From positions 1-56,882 of the forward strand of contig JAPORR010000084.1 in NCBI GenBank assembly GCA_026710105.1: a DNA stretch of 56,882 bases, given 5' to 3'. The notes beneath the pieces were generated by a model that saw only the letters and a program-made list of their open reading frames with translations, ran no database searches and was not told the DNA's origin. Positions 36,034 to 46,822 of the stretch are shown here, in pieces. Source of the stretch: Alphaproteobacteria bacterium (GTDB lineage: Bacteria; Pseudomonadota; Alphaproteobacteria; Bin95). Both the position numbers and the translations under genes were made by a program. Every line of letters begins with the position of its first letter. The stretch's first letter is position 1.

Positions 36034-38751
36034 CTAATGCGAGTCGGCCCAGTTGTCCGCTACCCCGGTTTCGACGACCAGCGGTATCGCGAGCGCCGCA
36101 GCGCTCTCCATCACCGCTGCAACGCAGACGCAGGTTTCCTCGACTTCGTCCTCCGGGGCCTCGAACAGTAATTCATCGTGGACCTGGAGGATCATACGCG
36201 CCTTGAGGCCAGCCCTGACAAGCGCGGGAGGTACGCGTAGCATAGCGCGCTTGATAATGTCCGCCGCCGAGCCCTGAAGTGGCGCATTGATTGCCGCGCG
36301 CTCGGCAAAGCTGCGCCGGGCTGGATTCTTGTCAGCAATATAGGGCGTCCGGCATTTCCGCCCGAAGATCGTCGGCACATAACCATTTTTGCGCGCGAAT
36401 GTCTGCGCCCGATCCATATAGCTACGGATGCCTGGGTAACGCTCGAAATAAGCGTCGATATACGCTCGCGCCTCGCCTTGTGGGATCGCGAGCTGGCGCG
36501 ATAAACCGAAGGCTGAGATACCGTAGATGATGCCGAAATTGATCGCCTTAGCGCGCCGGCGCGTCATTGGATCCATATTCTCGACCGGTTGTCCAAACAC
36601 CTGCGAAGCGGTAAGCGCATGGATATCGAGGCCGGCATGAAAGGCGTCACGAAGCGGCTCGATCTCTGCGACATGGGCCAGCAGCCTGAGCTCGATCTGC
36701 GAATAGTCGGCGCTGATGAGCATATGGCCCGGCTCGGCGATGAAGGCGCGCCGGATCTTCCGCCCTTCTTCAGTGCGCACCGGAATATTCTGGAGGTTCG
36801 GGTCGTTGGAGGACAGGCGCCCCGTGCCCGTGACCGCTTGGGAGAAAGAGGTGTGGACGCGCTGCGTGCGAGGATAGGCGGCAGCAGCCAATGCCTCCGT
36901 ATAGGTGCTGCGCAGTTTCGACAATTGCCGCCAGTCCAGTACCCGGGCAGGCAGGTCATGTCCTTGGGCACGCAGGTCCTCCAAGATTTCGGCTCCGGTC
37001 CCGTAGGCCCCGGTCTTGCCCTTCCTACCGCCAGGAAGGCCCATCTCGTCGAATAGGATTTCTCCCAGCTGCTTGGGCGAGCCGATATTGAAGGGTCTAC
37101 CAGCAAGGTCGTTAATGCCCTGTTCAAGTTCGCTGATGCGGCGCGCAAAGTCGTTCGACAACGCCTTCAACGCCGCGACGTCGACCTTGATGCCTGCGTT
37201 CTCCATGCCGGCGAGCACCGGGATCAGCGGCCGTTCGATGGTTTCATAGACGGCCGTCATGTGCTCCTCACGGAGCCGTGGGCGCAGCACCCCATGCAGC
37301 CGGAGTGTAATATCAGCATCCTCAGCCGCGTAGTCGCGCGCCCTGTCGAGTGCCACCTTATCGAAAGTGGTCGCGGTCTTGCCCTTGCCGCAGACGCTTT
37401 CGTAACTGATGCACTCATGGCCGAGATAGCGGCGTGCGAGTTCATCCATGCCATGACCATGGCTTGAACCATTGAGGACATAGGACAGCACCATCGTGTC
37501 ATCTATGGGCGATACATGGATACCTAGTCCAGCAAGGACTTTTATGTCGTATTTGATGTTTTGCCCAACTTTCAGCACCGCGTCAGAGGCGAGTAGTGGC
37601 TTTAAGATGGCGAGTACGGTTTCGAGAGGAAGCTGGTGTGGTGCCTCGGCTTCCAGCAGTTCTGCTGCCAGATTGTGTCCAACCGGGATATAGCAGGCCT
37701 TGCCAGGCGCGACAGCCAATGACAGGCCGACTAGTCGCGCGCGCTGCGCGTTCAGGCTGTCTGTTTCGGTGTCGATGGCAACGATTCCGGCCTCGAAACC
37801 GGCCTCGACCCATTGCCTGAGCGTTTCCCCGTCAGTGACGAGTGTATAGTCCGCTTCCACCGGGGCGGCTGACTGTTCGTTTTCCTCATCACTGCCCAGG
37901 CGAGCAAGGATCGAGACGAAGTTCTGTTCTTTCAGGAACGGGCGCAGTCGGTCCAGGTCGAGGCCCGGCACAGTGAAGACATCCAAGTTCTCGACGACGG
38001 GCGCATCGTCGCGCAGCAGCACGAGTTCCCGTGAAATACGTGCCTGTTCGGCGAATTCGATGAGGTTACTGCGGCGCTTCGGCTGGTGGATTTCCTCCGC
38101 CCGCGCCAGCAACGTGTCCAGGTCTCCATATTCGCTGATCAGCTGCGCCGCTGTCTTGACGCCGATACCGGGCACTCCCGGCACATTATCGCTGGAATCG
38201 CCGGCAAGCGCCTGCACGTCCACGACCTTTTCCGGTTCCACGCCGAAGCGTTCGACCACTTGTGCTACGCCGATTCTACGCTGCTTCACCGGGTCGAACA
38301 GCGAGATGCGCTCGTCTACAAGCTGCATCAGATCCTTGTCGGAGGAAACAATCGTGACCACTGCGCCGAGAGCCGCCGCTCGGCGGGCATAAGTCGCGAT
38401 AATGTCGTCGGCTTCATAGCCAGGGAGCTCGGCAGCTCGTAAGTTCAAGGCCTTGACAGCGTCGCGGATCAACGCGAATTGCGGTACAAGTTCGGGCGGT
38501 GGGGCGGGCCGATTCGCCTTGTAGTCAGCGTATATGCTGTTGCGGAAAGTGGTCCGTGCCACATCGAACACAATCGCAATCCGGTCGGCGTCAGTATCCT
38601 CAACCAGCCGCATCAGCATGGTCGTGAATCCATAGACGGCATTGACGGGCGTGCCGTCCAGCCGTGTCATCGACGGCAGAGCGTGGAAAGCGCGGAAGAT
38701 GTAACCGGAGCCGTCAACGAGGAATACGTGCCGGGGGACGTTTGCGGTCAA
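36034..38751 (-). CDS. polA: DNA polymerase I
   Basis: 5'-nuclease '[18 protein letters not shown]', a 3'-5' exonuclease region, and polymerase motifs 'DYSQIELR' and 'QVHDELLFE'. Start placed at TTG 38751, overlapping the upstream TGA; the track start at 38811 is also TTG. Confidence 0.93.
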   Translation of the reverse strand: MTANVPRHVFLVDGSGYIFRAFHALPSMTRLDGTPVNAVYGFTTMLMRLVEDTDADRIAIVFDVARTTFRNSIYADYKANRPAPPPELVPQFALIRDAVKALNLRAAELPGYEADDIIATYARRAAALGAVVTIVSSDKDLMQLVDERISLFDPVKQRRIGVAQVVERFGVEPEKVVDVQALAGDSSDNVPGVPGIGVKTAAQLISEYGDLDTLLARAEEIHQPKRRSNLIEFAEQARISRELVLLRDDAPVVENLDVFTVPGLDLDRLRPFLKEQNFVSILARLGSDEENEQSAAPVEADYTLVTDGETLRQWVEAGFEAGIVAIDTETDSLNAQRARLVGLSLAVAPGKACYIPVGHNLAAELLEAEAPHQLPLETVLAILKPLLASDAVLKVGQNIKYDIKVLAGLGIHVSPIDDTMVLSYVLNGSSHGHGMDELARRYLGHECISYESVCGKGKTATTFDKVALDRARDYAAEDADITLRLHGVLRPRLREEHMTAVYETIERPLIPVLAGMENAGIKVDVAALKALSNDFARRISELEQGINDLAGRPFNIGSPKQLGEILFDEMGLPGGRKGKTGAYGTGAEILEDLRAQGHDLPARVLDWRQLSKLRSTYTEALAAAAYPRTQRVHTSFSQAVTGTGRLSSNDPNLQNIPVRTEEGRKIRRAFIAEPGHMLISADYSQIELRLLAHVAEIEPLRDAFHAGLDIHALTASQVFGQPVENMDPMTRRRAKAINFGIIYGISAFGLSRQLAIPQGEARAYIDAYFERYPGIRSYMDRAQTFARKNGYVPTIFGRKCRTPYIADKNPARRSFAERAAINAPLQGSAADIIKRAMLRVPPALVRAGLKARMILQVHDELLFEAPEDEVEETCVCVAAVMESAAALAIPLVVETGVADNWADSH

Positions 38752-38924
38752 TGTGCCTTGCGGAGGTCCGCTCCGTCCTTCAGCACAAAGCGCCGGCCAC
38801 AATAGGGACAATCCACCCGTCCTTCGCTATCGATATGTAGATACACGCGCGGGTGCCCGAGAGCCCCGCCGCCGTCGCAAGCAATCGCGGTCTCCTCGAC
38901 CTCAATCGTCTCCGGCGGTTCCAT
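38748..38924 (-). CDS. zinc-finger (zf-CHCC type) small protein
   Basis: 58 aa: '[49 protein letters not shown]'. The upstream part of the 175-aa track ORF runs antisense through tRNA-Arg and is not credible. Confidence 0.8.
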   Translation of the reverse strand: MEPPETIEVEETAIACDGGGALGHPRVYLHIDSEGRVDCPYCGRRFVLKDGADLRKAH

Positions 38925-39085
38925 TGGTGCCTCCCCTGGGCCTCGCAGGCGATGATGGAATGATAGCGCACCCCCTTCAGCGCGCAATATGCAGGCATTT
39001 GGAGAGGGCCGTCTCAGGGCAGATCGTAAATCCACCGGGCTATGCAGCGCGTGGTGCTGCTCCACCTGCTGTCTTCGCATTCCGG

Positions 39086-39113
39086 TTGACAGCGAACCCT
39101 CTGCATCTATGGT
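39086..39113 (+). promoter_or_regulatory. sigma70-like promoter for tRNA-Arg
   Basis: TTGACA (39086-39091), a 16-nt spacer, then TATGGT (39108-39113), ending 12 nt before the tRNA 5' end. Confidence 0.45.
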
Positions 39114-39125
39114 CTCCAGACGCAA

Positions 39126-39201
39126 GCGCCCGTAGCTCAGTGGATAGAGCGTCTGCCTCCGGAGCAGAAGGTCGCACGTTCGAATCGTGCCGGGCGCACC
39201 A
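39126..39201 (+). tRNA. tRNA-Arg (anticodon CCG)
   Basis: Hand-folded cloverleaf. Acceptor GCGCCCG/CGGGCGC, D arm GCTC-AGTGGATA-GAGC, anticodon arm TCTGC-CTCCGGA-GCAGA, T arm GCACG-TTCGAAT-CGTGC, encoded CCA. Confidence 0.95.
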
Positions 39202-39373
39202 GAGCCTTGTACAAGTTCCCCATATCCCGATAGCCCAATCGCGCGTGGGGCGCAGCAACTGGTTCGCGAGATCAATCATACCCAGGCCTGGCAGGTCTAG
39301 GTCGATCTCGAGGTTCTCTGTGCCCCCTTTCTGTTGGAGCAATGATCGCATCGGAGTGCGGTGTTTGGCCCGT

Positions 39374-39408
39374 TTCCGGGGAAACCCGCCTCGGAGTTTT
39401 GCAAGAGG
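39374..39408 (+). repeat. 35-nt dispersed intergenic repeat, copy 2 (TTCCGGGGAAACCCGCCTCGGAGTTTTGCAAGAGG)
   Basis: Matches 6164-6199 with one indel and one mismatch. Confidence 0.6.
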
Positions 39409-39527
39409 CTCCGCTATCGAACGCCTCACCGCTTGATCACTTCAAGCGATTCCCATGCGAGAATGCCCGTCACGGATATAAGTCCCTTAGCTTGCGCAGA
39501 CCGGCACGCTACCTCACTATTGCGACG

Positions 39528-40643
39528 ATGCCCGAAGGAACAGCGGACATAATCGTCATCGGCGGCGGTTTGGTCGGCGCGGCTGCCGCCTATGGGCTCG
39601 CTGGAGCGGGGCTCGACGTACTCATGCTCGATGAGGGGGATGATGCTTTCCGGGCAGCGCGGGGCAATTTCGGTCTGGTTTGGGTGCAGACGAAGGGCTT
39701 CGGCCTCCAACGCTACCAGGAATGGTCGCAGGAGTCGGCGGATCTCTATCGCGGTTTCGCAGCGGAGCTCAAGGACGTCACGGGCATCGACATCCACCAT
39801 GAACGGCCGGGCGGTGCGATCCTGTGTCTGGGCGACGCAGAATGGGAGGCCCAGAAGCGGCTTAACGATGCGATGGCGGTGCAGGGCGGTAGCTACTACC
39901 ATGCCCGAATGGTTGAACGTGCCGAACTGGAGCGGATGGCCCCGGCTGTTCGCTTCGGACAAGAGGTCGTGGGCGCCTCCTTCTCGGAAAAAGATGGACA
40001 TTGCGGGCCGCTATATCTGTTGCGCGCCCTTCACGCCGGTTTCAGGGCGAGAGGCGGACGCTACCGGTCCGGAGCACGAGTCCGCACTATCGAGCGCAGC
40101 TTTCGAGTTACGACCAACGCCGGTGTTTTCGAAGCTCCGAAGCTGCTTCTGGCAGCGGGCAATGGTATTCCGCCGCTGGCAGAACAGGTCGGCCTGCATG
40201 TGCCGACGGTGCCGGAACGCGGCCAGGTTCTAGTGACCGAGCGTGTCGAGCGCTTTCTGCCGATGCCGATGGGCAATCTGCGCCAGACTGCAGAAGGCAC
40301 GGTCATGATCGGCGCGACGCAGGAGAGTGTCGGTCTGGATACCGGCACGACGCTGGAGGCCGCGCGCGGGCTGGCGCGACGCGCCATCCGTGCCTGTCCG
40401 GCGCTGGAACGACTGAGGCTGGTGCGAAGCTGGGCAGCGCTCCGGGTCATTCCGCCGGATCGCTGCCCGATCTACGATGAGTCGAAAAGTCATCCCGGCG
40501 CCTTTGTCGCCACCATGCACAGCGGTGTCACACTCGCCGCCGTCCATGCAGCTCGCTTGCCCGACTGGATTGCTGAAGGCAGGGAGCCGGAGGATTTTGG
40601 AGCTTTCAGCGCGCGGAGGTTCGATGTTTCGGCGGCTGTCTGA
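39528..40643 (+). CDS. FAD-dependent oxidoreductase, HcnC/OoxB/opine-dehydrogenase beta-like subunit
   Basis: 'DIIVIGGGLVGAAAAYGL' directly after ATG 39528. 371 aa, DAO family. Confidence 0.88.
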   Translation: MPEGTADIIVIGGGLVGAAAAYGLAGAGLDVLMLDEGDDAFRAARGNFGLVWVQTKGFGLQRYQEWSQESADLYRGFAAELKDVTGIDIHHERPGGAILCLGDAEWEAQKRLNDAMAVQGGSYYHARMVERAELERMAPAVRFGQEVVGASFSEKDGHCGPLYLLRALHAGFRARGGRYRSGARVRTIERSFRVTTNAGVFEAPKLLLAAGNGIPPLAEQVGLHVPTVPERGQVLVTERVERFLPMPMGNLRQTAEGTVMIGATQESVGLDTGTTLEAARGLARRAIRACPALERLRLVRSWAALRVIPPDRCPIYDESKSHPGAFVATMHSGVTLAAVHAARLPDWIAEGREPEDFGAFSARRFDVSAAV

Positions 40644-40917
40644 GCGCGAAGCCTCGATCACGATCGAGATAGATGGCAAACCGGTCGCCGCCACACCGGG
40701 TGATAGTGTTGCCGCAGCCCTATTGGCGGCCGGACTCGCGACGTTCCGTCATGCCCCGGCCGATGGTGCGGCACGCGGCCCCTGGTGCGCAATGGGTATC
40801 TGTTTCGAGTGCCTCGTGGAGATTGATGGCGAGCCAAACCGCCAAGCTTGTATGACCCCAGTGCACGAGGGGCTTCGCGTCATACGTTGCATTGAGGATA
40901 CGTGGCAGGGCCCATGA
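40624..40917 (+). CDS. (2Fe-2S)-binding small subunit, HcnA-like
   Basis: 97 aa: 'ITIEIDGKPVAATPGDSVAAALLAAG...GPWCAMGICFECLVEIDGEPNRQAC'. Overlaps both neighbouring genes. Confidence 0.85.
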   Translation: MFRRLSEREASITIEIDGKPVAATPGDSVAAALLAAGLATFRHAPADGAARGPWCAMGICFECLVEIDGEPNRQACMTPVHEGLRVIRCIEDTWQGP

Positions 40918-42251
40918 GCGCCGATCTGGCGATTGTTGGCGCCGGCCCGGCTGGTATGGCAGCTGCCGTGGAGGGGGCGGCGCACGGCCTTTCCGTTACT
41001 GTCCTCGACGATCAACCCGAACCCGGAGGGCAGATTTACCGCGGAATCGAGCGCGCCGGATCTGACCTGTGCGCGCTGCTAGGCGAGGACTACGAAGCTG
41101 GACGCGCGCTAGTGGCGGACTTCCGGAGAGCTCAGATCGACTATCGGCCAAACAGTATGGTCTGGCGGCTCGACCCTGGGGCACGGATCGCTTATAGCCG
41201 TGATAGAGTCGCTTCGATCGTCACGGCCCACCATGTGCTCATCGCGACAGGTGCGATGGAGCGGCCGGTGCCGATCCCCGGGGCCGAACGACCAGGCGTG
41301 ATGGGAGCGGGTGCAGCGCAGGTGCTGCTCAAGGCGTCCGGTCTGGTGCCGACCGGACGTATCGTGCTGGCCGGATCGGGACCGTTGTTGCTTCTAGTTG
41401 GGTGTCAATTGCTCAATGCCGGCGCGACGGTGGCGGCCGTGCTGGAAACCACGGAAAGCGGCGATTACCTGAATGCCGCGCCCGCCTTGCCATCCGCTTT
41501 GGTGGGAGGCTGGCGCGACCTCGTCAGGGGGCTTGCCATGAAACGCAGGTTGAAGCGTGCAGGCGTCGAGATTCGCGCTGGTGTTAGTGGTCTCGCCGCG
41601 ACAGGCGGGGCGGTGCAGTTCGACGCCGGTGAGATCGCCTGCGACTTGCTGCTGTTGCATGAAGGCGTCATCCCGCAGACCCATCTGGCGCGGCAAGCCG
41701 GTCTCGCACATTGCTGGCATGCGGAGCAACGTCACTGGATGCCTGTTGTGGATCCCCTAGGCCGCACGGAGCAAGAGACTTTGCTCGTTGCAGGCGATGC
41801 CGGCGGCATTGCTGGGGCGCGCGCAGCGGTACTTACGGGCCGAATCGCAGCCCGGGTGGCTGCCGGCGCAGATCCGGGAAGACTTATTGCTGCGCTGGAT
41901 AGGGAACGTGCCATCAGACCGCTGCTTGATCGCCTCTTTCGACCGCACACTGCACTGCCTCCCGACGAAGCGCTTGTCTGCCGCTGCGAGAGCGTTGTGG
42001 GCAGCGATATTCGCCGGGCAGTTCGCGACGGGGCGATGGGCCCAAATCAGCTCAAAGCGTTCACCCGTGTCGGGATGGGTCCCTGCCAGGGGCGCATGTG
42101 TGGGCTTGCCGCGGCCGAAATCATCGCTGACGAGCGGGGCCTTCCGGTGGAGGAGATCGGCAGCTTCCGCATACGTCCACCGATAAAGCCGCTCACGCTC
42201 GGCGAACTCGCCTCGATGGAGGGCGAAGCGGCGGAGGCCGAAGCCTTGTGA
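40914..42251 (+). CDS. FAD/NAD(P)-binding oxidoreductase, HcnB/OoxA/opine-dehydrogenase alpha-like subunit
   Basis: 'DLAIVGAGPAGMAAA', a second dinucleotide motif 'IVLAGSGPLLL', and C-terminal 'CRCE...GMGPCQGRMC'. ATGA overlap with the preceding gene. Confidence 0.88.
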   Translation: MSADLAIVGAGPAGMAAAVEGAAHGLSVTVLDDQPEPGGQIYRGIERAGSDLCALLGEDYEAGRALVADFRRAQIDYRPNSMVWRLDPGARIAYSRDRVASIVTAHHVLIATGAMERPVPIPGAERPGVMGAGAAQVLLKASGLVPTGRIVLAGSGPLLLLVGCQLLNAGATVAAVLETTESGDYLNAAPALPSALVGGWRDLVRGLAMKRRLKRAGVEIRAGVSGLAATGGAVQFDAGEIACDLLLLHEGVIPQTHLARQAGLAHCWHAEQRHWMPVVDPLGRTEQETLLVAGDAGGIAGARAAVLTGRIAARVAAGADPGRLIAALDRERAIRPLLDRLFRPHTALPPDEALVCRCESVVGSDIRRAVRDGAMGPNQLKAFTRVGMGPCQGRMCGLAAAEIIADERGLPVEEIGSFRIRPPIKPLTLGELASMEGEAAEAEAL

Positions 42252-42338
42252 ACCGCCGTACCGGTAATTGACCCGCAATGCGCTTCGGGAGAGAACCGAC
42301 GAGCCGCAACAATGATTCGACGCAGGAGAAAAACTCCA

Positions 42339-43151
42339 ATGGGCGACCGCTATGACGACTACCGCCGGACATTTGAGATTGACTGGCCTGAGGAGCGCAT
42401 TCTGCGCCTGACCCTCAACAAACCGGAGACCTATAACTCGCTCGACTCTGACGGTCATCGCGACATGACCTATATCTGGCGCGATATCGACGAGGACCGC
42501 GATGTCTCGGCGGTGATCCTGACCGGCAAGGGTAAGGCCTTCTCGTCCGGCGGCGACTTCTCAATGATTCGCAAGAATATCGACAATTACGACGACCGGG
42601 TGCGCGCCTGGAAAGAAGCCCGCGACCTCGTTTACAACATCATTGATTGCTGTAAGCCAACGGTTTCCGCGCTGAATGGCGTCGCCGTCGGCGCTGGTTT
42701 AGTCGCAGGGCTTCTCTGCGACATATCCATCGCCGCCAAGTCGGCGCGCATCATCGACGGCCATACCCGGCTTGGCGTGGCGGCGGGCGACCATTCAGTC
42801 ATCAACTGGCCACTGCTTTGCGGTATGGCGAAAGCCAAATACTACCTCATGCTCTGCGAGTCGGTTTACGGTGAGGAGGCCGAGCGTATCGGCCTAGTGT
42901 CGCTCTGTGTCGAGGATGACGCGCTTCAGGACAAGGCGCTGGAGGTCGCACGTAAGCTGGCGAAAGGAGCGCCAAGCGCCATACGCTGGACGAAATATGC
43001 GCTGAACAACTGGTACCGCTCGATGGGACCGGCCTATGACGCTTCGACGGCGCTCGAGATGCTGGGCTTCACCGGTCCGGAAGTCGAGGAAGGCCTGGCG
43101 GCGCATCTGGAGAAACGAGCACCGAATTTCGATCCTGAATCGTCTGCCTGA
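42339..43151 (+). CDS. enoyl-CoA hydratase/isomerase (crotonase) family protein
   Basis: 'VILTGKGKAFSSGGD' and 'KPTVSALNGVAVGAGL'. Start at ATG 42339 (AGGAGA Shine-Dalgarno); the track start is 42312. Confidence 0.88.
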   Translation: MGDRYDDYRRTFEIDWPEERILRLTLNKPETYNSLDSDGHRDMTYIWRDIDEDRDVSAVILTGKGKAFSSGGDFSMIRKNIDNYDDRVRAWKEARDLVYNIIDCCKPTVSALNGVAVGAGLVAGLLCDISIAAKSARIIDGHTRLGVAAGDHSVINWPLLCGMAKAKYYLMLCESVYGEEAERIGLVSLCVEDDALQDKALEVARKLAKGAPSAIRWTKYALNNWYRSMGPAYDASTALEMLGFTGPEVEEGLAAHLEKRAPNFDPESSA

Positions 43152-43236
43152 CTGCCGGTCGCTGAGAACGGCCCTGCGGCGTGTTTCGGGCCCCAACCGC
43201 CCGGCGGCCGTTTACGCGCGCAGAGAAACAGCGACG

Positions 43237-44424
43237 ATGAGCGCCCGCTTCCTGCTATGGATCATGTGCGGCCATCTGGGGCTGAACCTGATCGGCCTGC
43301 ACGGGCTCCCCGCATTGCTGCCCGACTTCATCGCACGCTGGTCGCTGGCAGAAAGCGAAGCCGGCTGGCTTGCCGGTGCGCCTTATATTTCCTCGATCTT
43401 CGCCATTCTAGTCAATATCGGGAGTGACCGTTTCGACGCCCGCCGGCTGATTATCGCCGGCTCGGCGGCCAATGCAGCCGGCTTTCTCGGCTTCGCGATA
43501 CTCGCCGACGGGTTCTGGTCGGGGCTAGGTTTCCGCCTTTTACAGGGCATTGGCTTTGCGTGGATCTACATGCCAGGGGTCAAGGTCATTGCCGACCGGA
43601 CACCGCCCGGAAGTGAGGCACGGGCGGGGGCATTCTACATATCGACATTCCCGATTGCGGCGAGCTGTTCCTATGTCATGATCTACTGGCTGGACGCTGT
43701 GGTCGGCTGGCGGTTCGCCTTCGCGATTCCTGGCTTTGCAGCGATTGTTGCAGGCCTTCTGGTCTGGAGCTTGATCGCGCCGAAAGCGATGACAGGAGCT
43801 GGCGGCGCCTCCTTCGATCTGCGCCCTGTCTTCGCCAACCGAAACGCCATGCGGGTGATTTTGGCGAATTTCTGCCATTCGATCGAATTGCTGGCGCTCC
43901 GCAGCTGGATGGTCGCCTTCTTCGTGTTCGCCGCGACAACCAGCAAGGGAGCTCCCGATTGGAACTGGCCGCTGCTTGCCATGGTGCTAACATTGCTCGG
44001 TGCACCTATGGGTATGGCCGGGACCTGGCTCGGCACAAGGCTTGGAATGGCGCGGGTCTCGGCATTGTCCCTGTTGCTGTCCGGCACCGCAGCCTCCATC
44101 GTCGGATTCGCGGCGGACTGGCCGTTTTGGCTACTTCTGCTAGGGCCGGTGGTGCTCCACAATCTTTTCGTGTTGATGGATTCGGGCACTCTCGCGGGTA
44201 GCATCATTGAAGCCAGCAGCCCTGCGCTGCGGGGGCGTTCGCTTACCCTCCATGCGTTTGCCAATGCCGCGGGCGGGTTTGTTGGCCCTGCATTGTTTGG
44301 CACTGTGCTGGAGGTGGCTGGCGGTGCAGGCTCTGTCAATGCGTGGGGATATGCGTTCGCCTCCGCCGGCGTCATCGCCATAATGGGGGCTATGTCGGCG
44401 GCTGCCGTCTCACGCCGGAAATAG
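43237..44424 (+). CDS. MFS transporter
   Basis: About 12 hydrophobic segments. Start at ATG 43237 ('MSARFLLWIMCG'). Confidence 0.85.
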   Translation: MSARFLLWIMCGHLGLNLIGLHGLPALLPDFIARWSLAESEAGWLAGAPYISSIFAILVNIGSDRFDARRLIIAGSAANAAGFLGFAILADGFWSGLGFRLLQGIGFAWIYMPGVKVIADRTPPGSEARAGAFYISTFPIAASCSYVMIYWLDAVVGWRFAFAIPGFAAIVAGLLVWSLIAPKAMTGAGGASFDLRPVFANRNAMRVILANFCHSIELLALRSWMVAFFVFAATTSKGAPDWNWPLLAMVLTLLGAPMGMAGTWLGTRLGMARVSALSLLLSGTAASIVGFAADWPFWLLLLGPVVLHNLFVLMDSGTLAGSIIEASSPALRGRSLTLHAFANAAGGFVGPALFGTVLEVAGGAGSVNAWGYAFASAGVIAIMGAMSAAAVSRRK

Positions 44425-45453
44425 CCGCCCCGCTGCCATCGGTGACGGGCAGCCGGTTGTACCTGGAAAGCTCGCCGGTAGATTTTTCAAGCATCGGGCG
44501 GCGAGATAGGCAAATGCCTCGGCTTCCAACGCATCGCCGTTCCAGCCAAGTGCCTCGGCCGGCTGTGCGGGTTGGGGCAGGGCGGCCATCAATACGGGAT
44601 TGCGTCGTCCGCCGCCGGAGACGATCCACTGTCGCGGCGGTTCGGGAAGTGGCGCGCGTGCCACGGCTTCGGCGGTGAAGGCCGTCAGCGTCGCGGCCCC
44701 GTCGGCAGGCGCAAGGCGTTCGAGTGGAGCGAAAGAAAAACTCATTCGATCCAGAGATTTGGGAGGCGAAGCAAAGAAATAAGGATCATCCAGAAGCCGC
44801 TCTAACAGCTCCCGATCGACTTCGCCCTGCGCTGCCAGCCGCCCGTCCTCATCCATCGGTGCGCCGTTATGGCAGCGACACCAATCGTCAAGAAGCGCAT
44901 TGCCGGGCCCAGTGTCGAAAGCAAGCATCTCGCTATCCCGACCGATCCAGGTGACATTGGCGACACCGCCGATATTGAGTACTGCAATTGGTCCTGGCTC
45001 CCCGGCAAGGCGGGCGCGGTGATAAACCGGTGCAAGCGGCGCGCCTTGGCCACCGGCAGTGATATCGGCGCTGCGGAAGTCGGCAACGACCGGGATGCCT
45101 GTCTCCCGCGCGAGCCGTGCGGCGTCGCCAACCTGCAGGGTGAAGCGATCTTGCGGGCGGTGGTCGAGCGTGTGGCCGTGAAAGCCGATGGCTAGCACCT
45201 CCAGTGTGCCGGTCTTATCCAGAAGATACTGGACAGCGCGGATATGCGCCTCCGTCACAACCATTTCAGCGGCGCGTACTATTTGCGGGTCCCCGGCGCC
45301 CAAGGCCAAGCGGATTGCTGCTTTCTCCTGGTCGCTATAGGGCAACGAAACGAAGCCGGCCGGGCGCACCGCCTCTTCGCCATCGGTTTCCAGTAAGGCG
45401 GCGTCCACCCCGTCCATCGAGGTGCCACTCATCAGGCCGATCAGCAGGTCCAT
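44410..45453 (-). CDS. anmK: anhydro-N-acetylmuramic acid kinase
   Basis: '[17 protein letters not shown]' from ATG 45453, plus 'NIGGVANV'. Confidence 0.92.
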   Translation of the reverse strand: MDLLIGLMSGTSMDGVDAALLETDGEEAVRPAGFVSLPYSDQEKAAIRLALGAGDPQIVRAAEMVVTEAHIRAVQYLLDKTGTLEVLAIGFHGHTLDHRPQDRFTLQVGDAARLARETGIPVVADFRSADITAGGQGAPLAPVYHRARLAGEPGPIAVLNIGGVANVTWIGRDSEMLAFDTGPGNALLDDWCRCHNGAPMDEDGRLAAQGEVDRELLERLLDDPYFFASPPKSLDRMSFSFAPLERLAPADGAATLTAFTAEAVARAPLPEPPRQWIVSGGGRRNPVLMAALPQPAQPAEALGWNGDALEAEAFAYLAARCLKNLPASFPGTTGCPSPMAAGRLFPA

Positions 45454-45542
45454 GTCCAATCCTCCGGAAGCGCTTCCCGTTGCGGGGCTCCAGCTGCCGT
45501 GATAGACGGCCGGACCCGTTCCGGACAGCGAGATCAATTGTC

Positions 45543-46784
45543 GTGCCGCCTTTTCTGGAGACCATTCGCGAACGCGGGTTTCTGCATCAATGCACCGACG
45601 CCGACCGGCTTAGGTCGCTGCTAGACGGGCCGCCTGTGCCGGCCTATGTCGGATTCGACTGCACGGCGGACAGTCTGCATGTCGGTTCCCTGGTGTCGAT
45701 CATGTTGCTGCGTCGCTATCAGCAAGCAGGCCACAAGCCGGTTGTGCTTATGGGCGGCGGAACGACCAGAGTCGGCGACCCGTCTGGCAAAGAGGAAGCA
45801 CGCCCGCTGCTTTCCGACGAACAGATCGCAGCCAACATGGCTGGTATACGACGCGTCTTCGAGCAGTTTCTCACCTTCGGTGACGGACTGTCGGATGCGG
45901 TTATGGTCAATAATGCCGACTGGCTAGATGGCCTGTCCTATATCCCGTTCCTGCGGGAATATGGGCGGCATTTTTCCGTCAACCGCATGCTTTCGATGGA
46001 CAGCGTGCGCCTGCGCCTCGACCGGCAACAAACGCTGAGTTTCCTCGAATTCAACTATGCCATTCTCCAATCCTACGACTTCGTCGAACTGGCGCGCCGC
46101 CTCGGCTGCCGACTCCAGATGGGCGGATCGGACCAGTGGGGTAATATCGTGAGCGGTATTGATCTCGGACGACGGGTGGAAGGCGTTGAACTCTTCGGCC
46201 TGACAACGCCACTGATCGAGACGGCAAGCGGTGCTAAGATGGGGAAGACCGCGAGCGGCGCTGTCTGGCTGAATGCCGAGCGCGTATCTCCATATAACTA
46301 CTGGCAATTCTGGCGCAATACCGAAGACGGCGACGTCGGCCGCTTCCTGCGCCTGTTTACCGAAGTGCCAATAGAGGAAATCATGCGATTAGAAGCACTT
46401 GAGGGACATGAACTGAACGACGCCAAGAAAGTGCTTGCTGACGCAGCGACTGCGCTTTGCCACGGCGGCGGCGCGGCGCGACAGGCAGCGGAGACGGCGC
46501 GACGCGCATTCGAGCAGGGTGAGGCAGCGCAGGGCTTGCCGGAAATCGAAGTGCCGCGCGGAGAACTGGAGGCGGGCATCCCAGCCTTTGCGCTTCTACA
46601 GCGGGCAGGACTCGCGGACACTCGCAGCGCGGCGCGACGCCTGATAAGGGGTGGCGGTGCCCGCCTAAACGACCAGCCTATTGGCGGGGAAGAACGGCTT
46701 GTGGGCCTCGCCGATATGGAGGGGCTGAGCGCGCTCAAGCTCTCTGCTGGCCGCAAGCGCCACGTGCTAGTGCGGCCAGCATAA
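45543..46784 (+). CDS. tyrS: tyrosine--tRNA ligase
   Basis: '[10 protein letters not shown]', HIGH-like '[10 protein letters not shown]', KMSKS-like 'KMGKTASG', and a C-terminal S4 domain. Start inferred at GTG 45543; the long N-terminal extension of the track ORF is Arg/Pro-rich and not TyrS-like. Confidence 0.92.
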   Translation: MPPFLETIRERGFLHQCTDADRLRSLLDGPPVPAYVGFDCTADSLHVGSLVSIMLLRRYQQAGHKPVVLMGGGTTRVGDPSGKEEARPLLSDEQIAANMAGIRRVFEQFLTFGDGLSDAVMVNNADWLDGLSYIPFLREYGRHFSVNRMLSMDSVRLRLDRQQTLSFLEFNYAILQSYDFVELARRLGCRLQMGGSDQWGNIVSGIDLGRRVEGVELFGLTTPLIETASGAKMGKTASGAVWLNAERVSPYNYWQFWRNTEDGDVGRFLRLFTEVPIEEIMRLEALEGHELNDAKKVLADAATALCHGGGAARQAAETARRAFEQGEAAQGLPEIEVPRGELEAGIPAFALLQRAGLADTRSAARRLIRGGGARLNDQPIGGEERLVGLADMEGLSALKLSAGRKRHVLVRPA

Positions 46785-46822
46785 ACCGCTACTGCCAGCC
46801 TCTTAGCTAAGAGTCCGTTCGA

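Noticed and set aside
38925-39275. Upstream extension of the zinc-finger ORF (175-aa track ORF)
   Set aside because: It reads antisense through tRNA-Arg. The conserved zf-CHCC protein begins at the internal ATG 38924.
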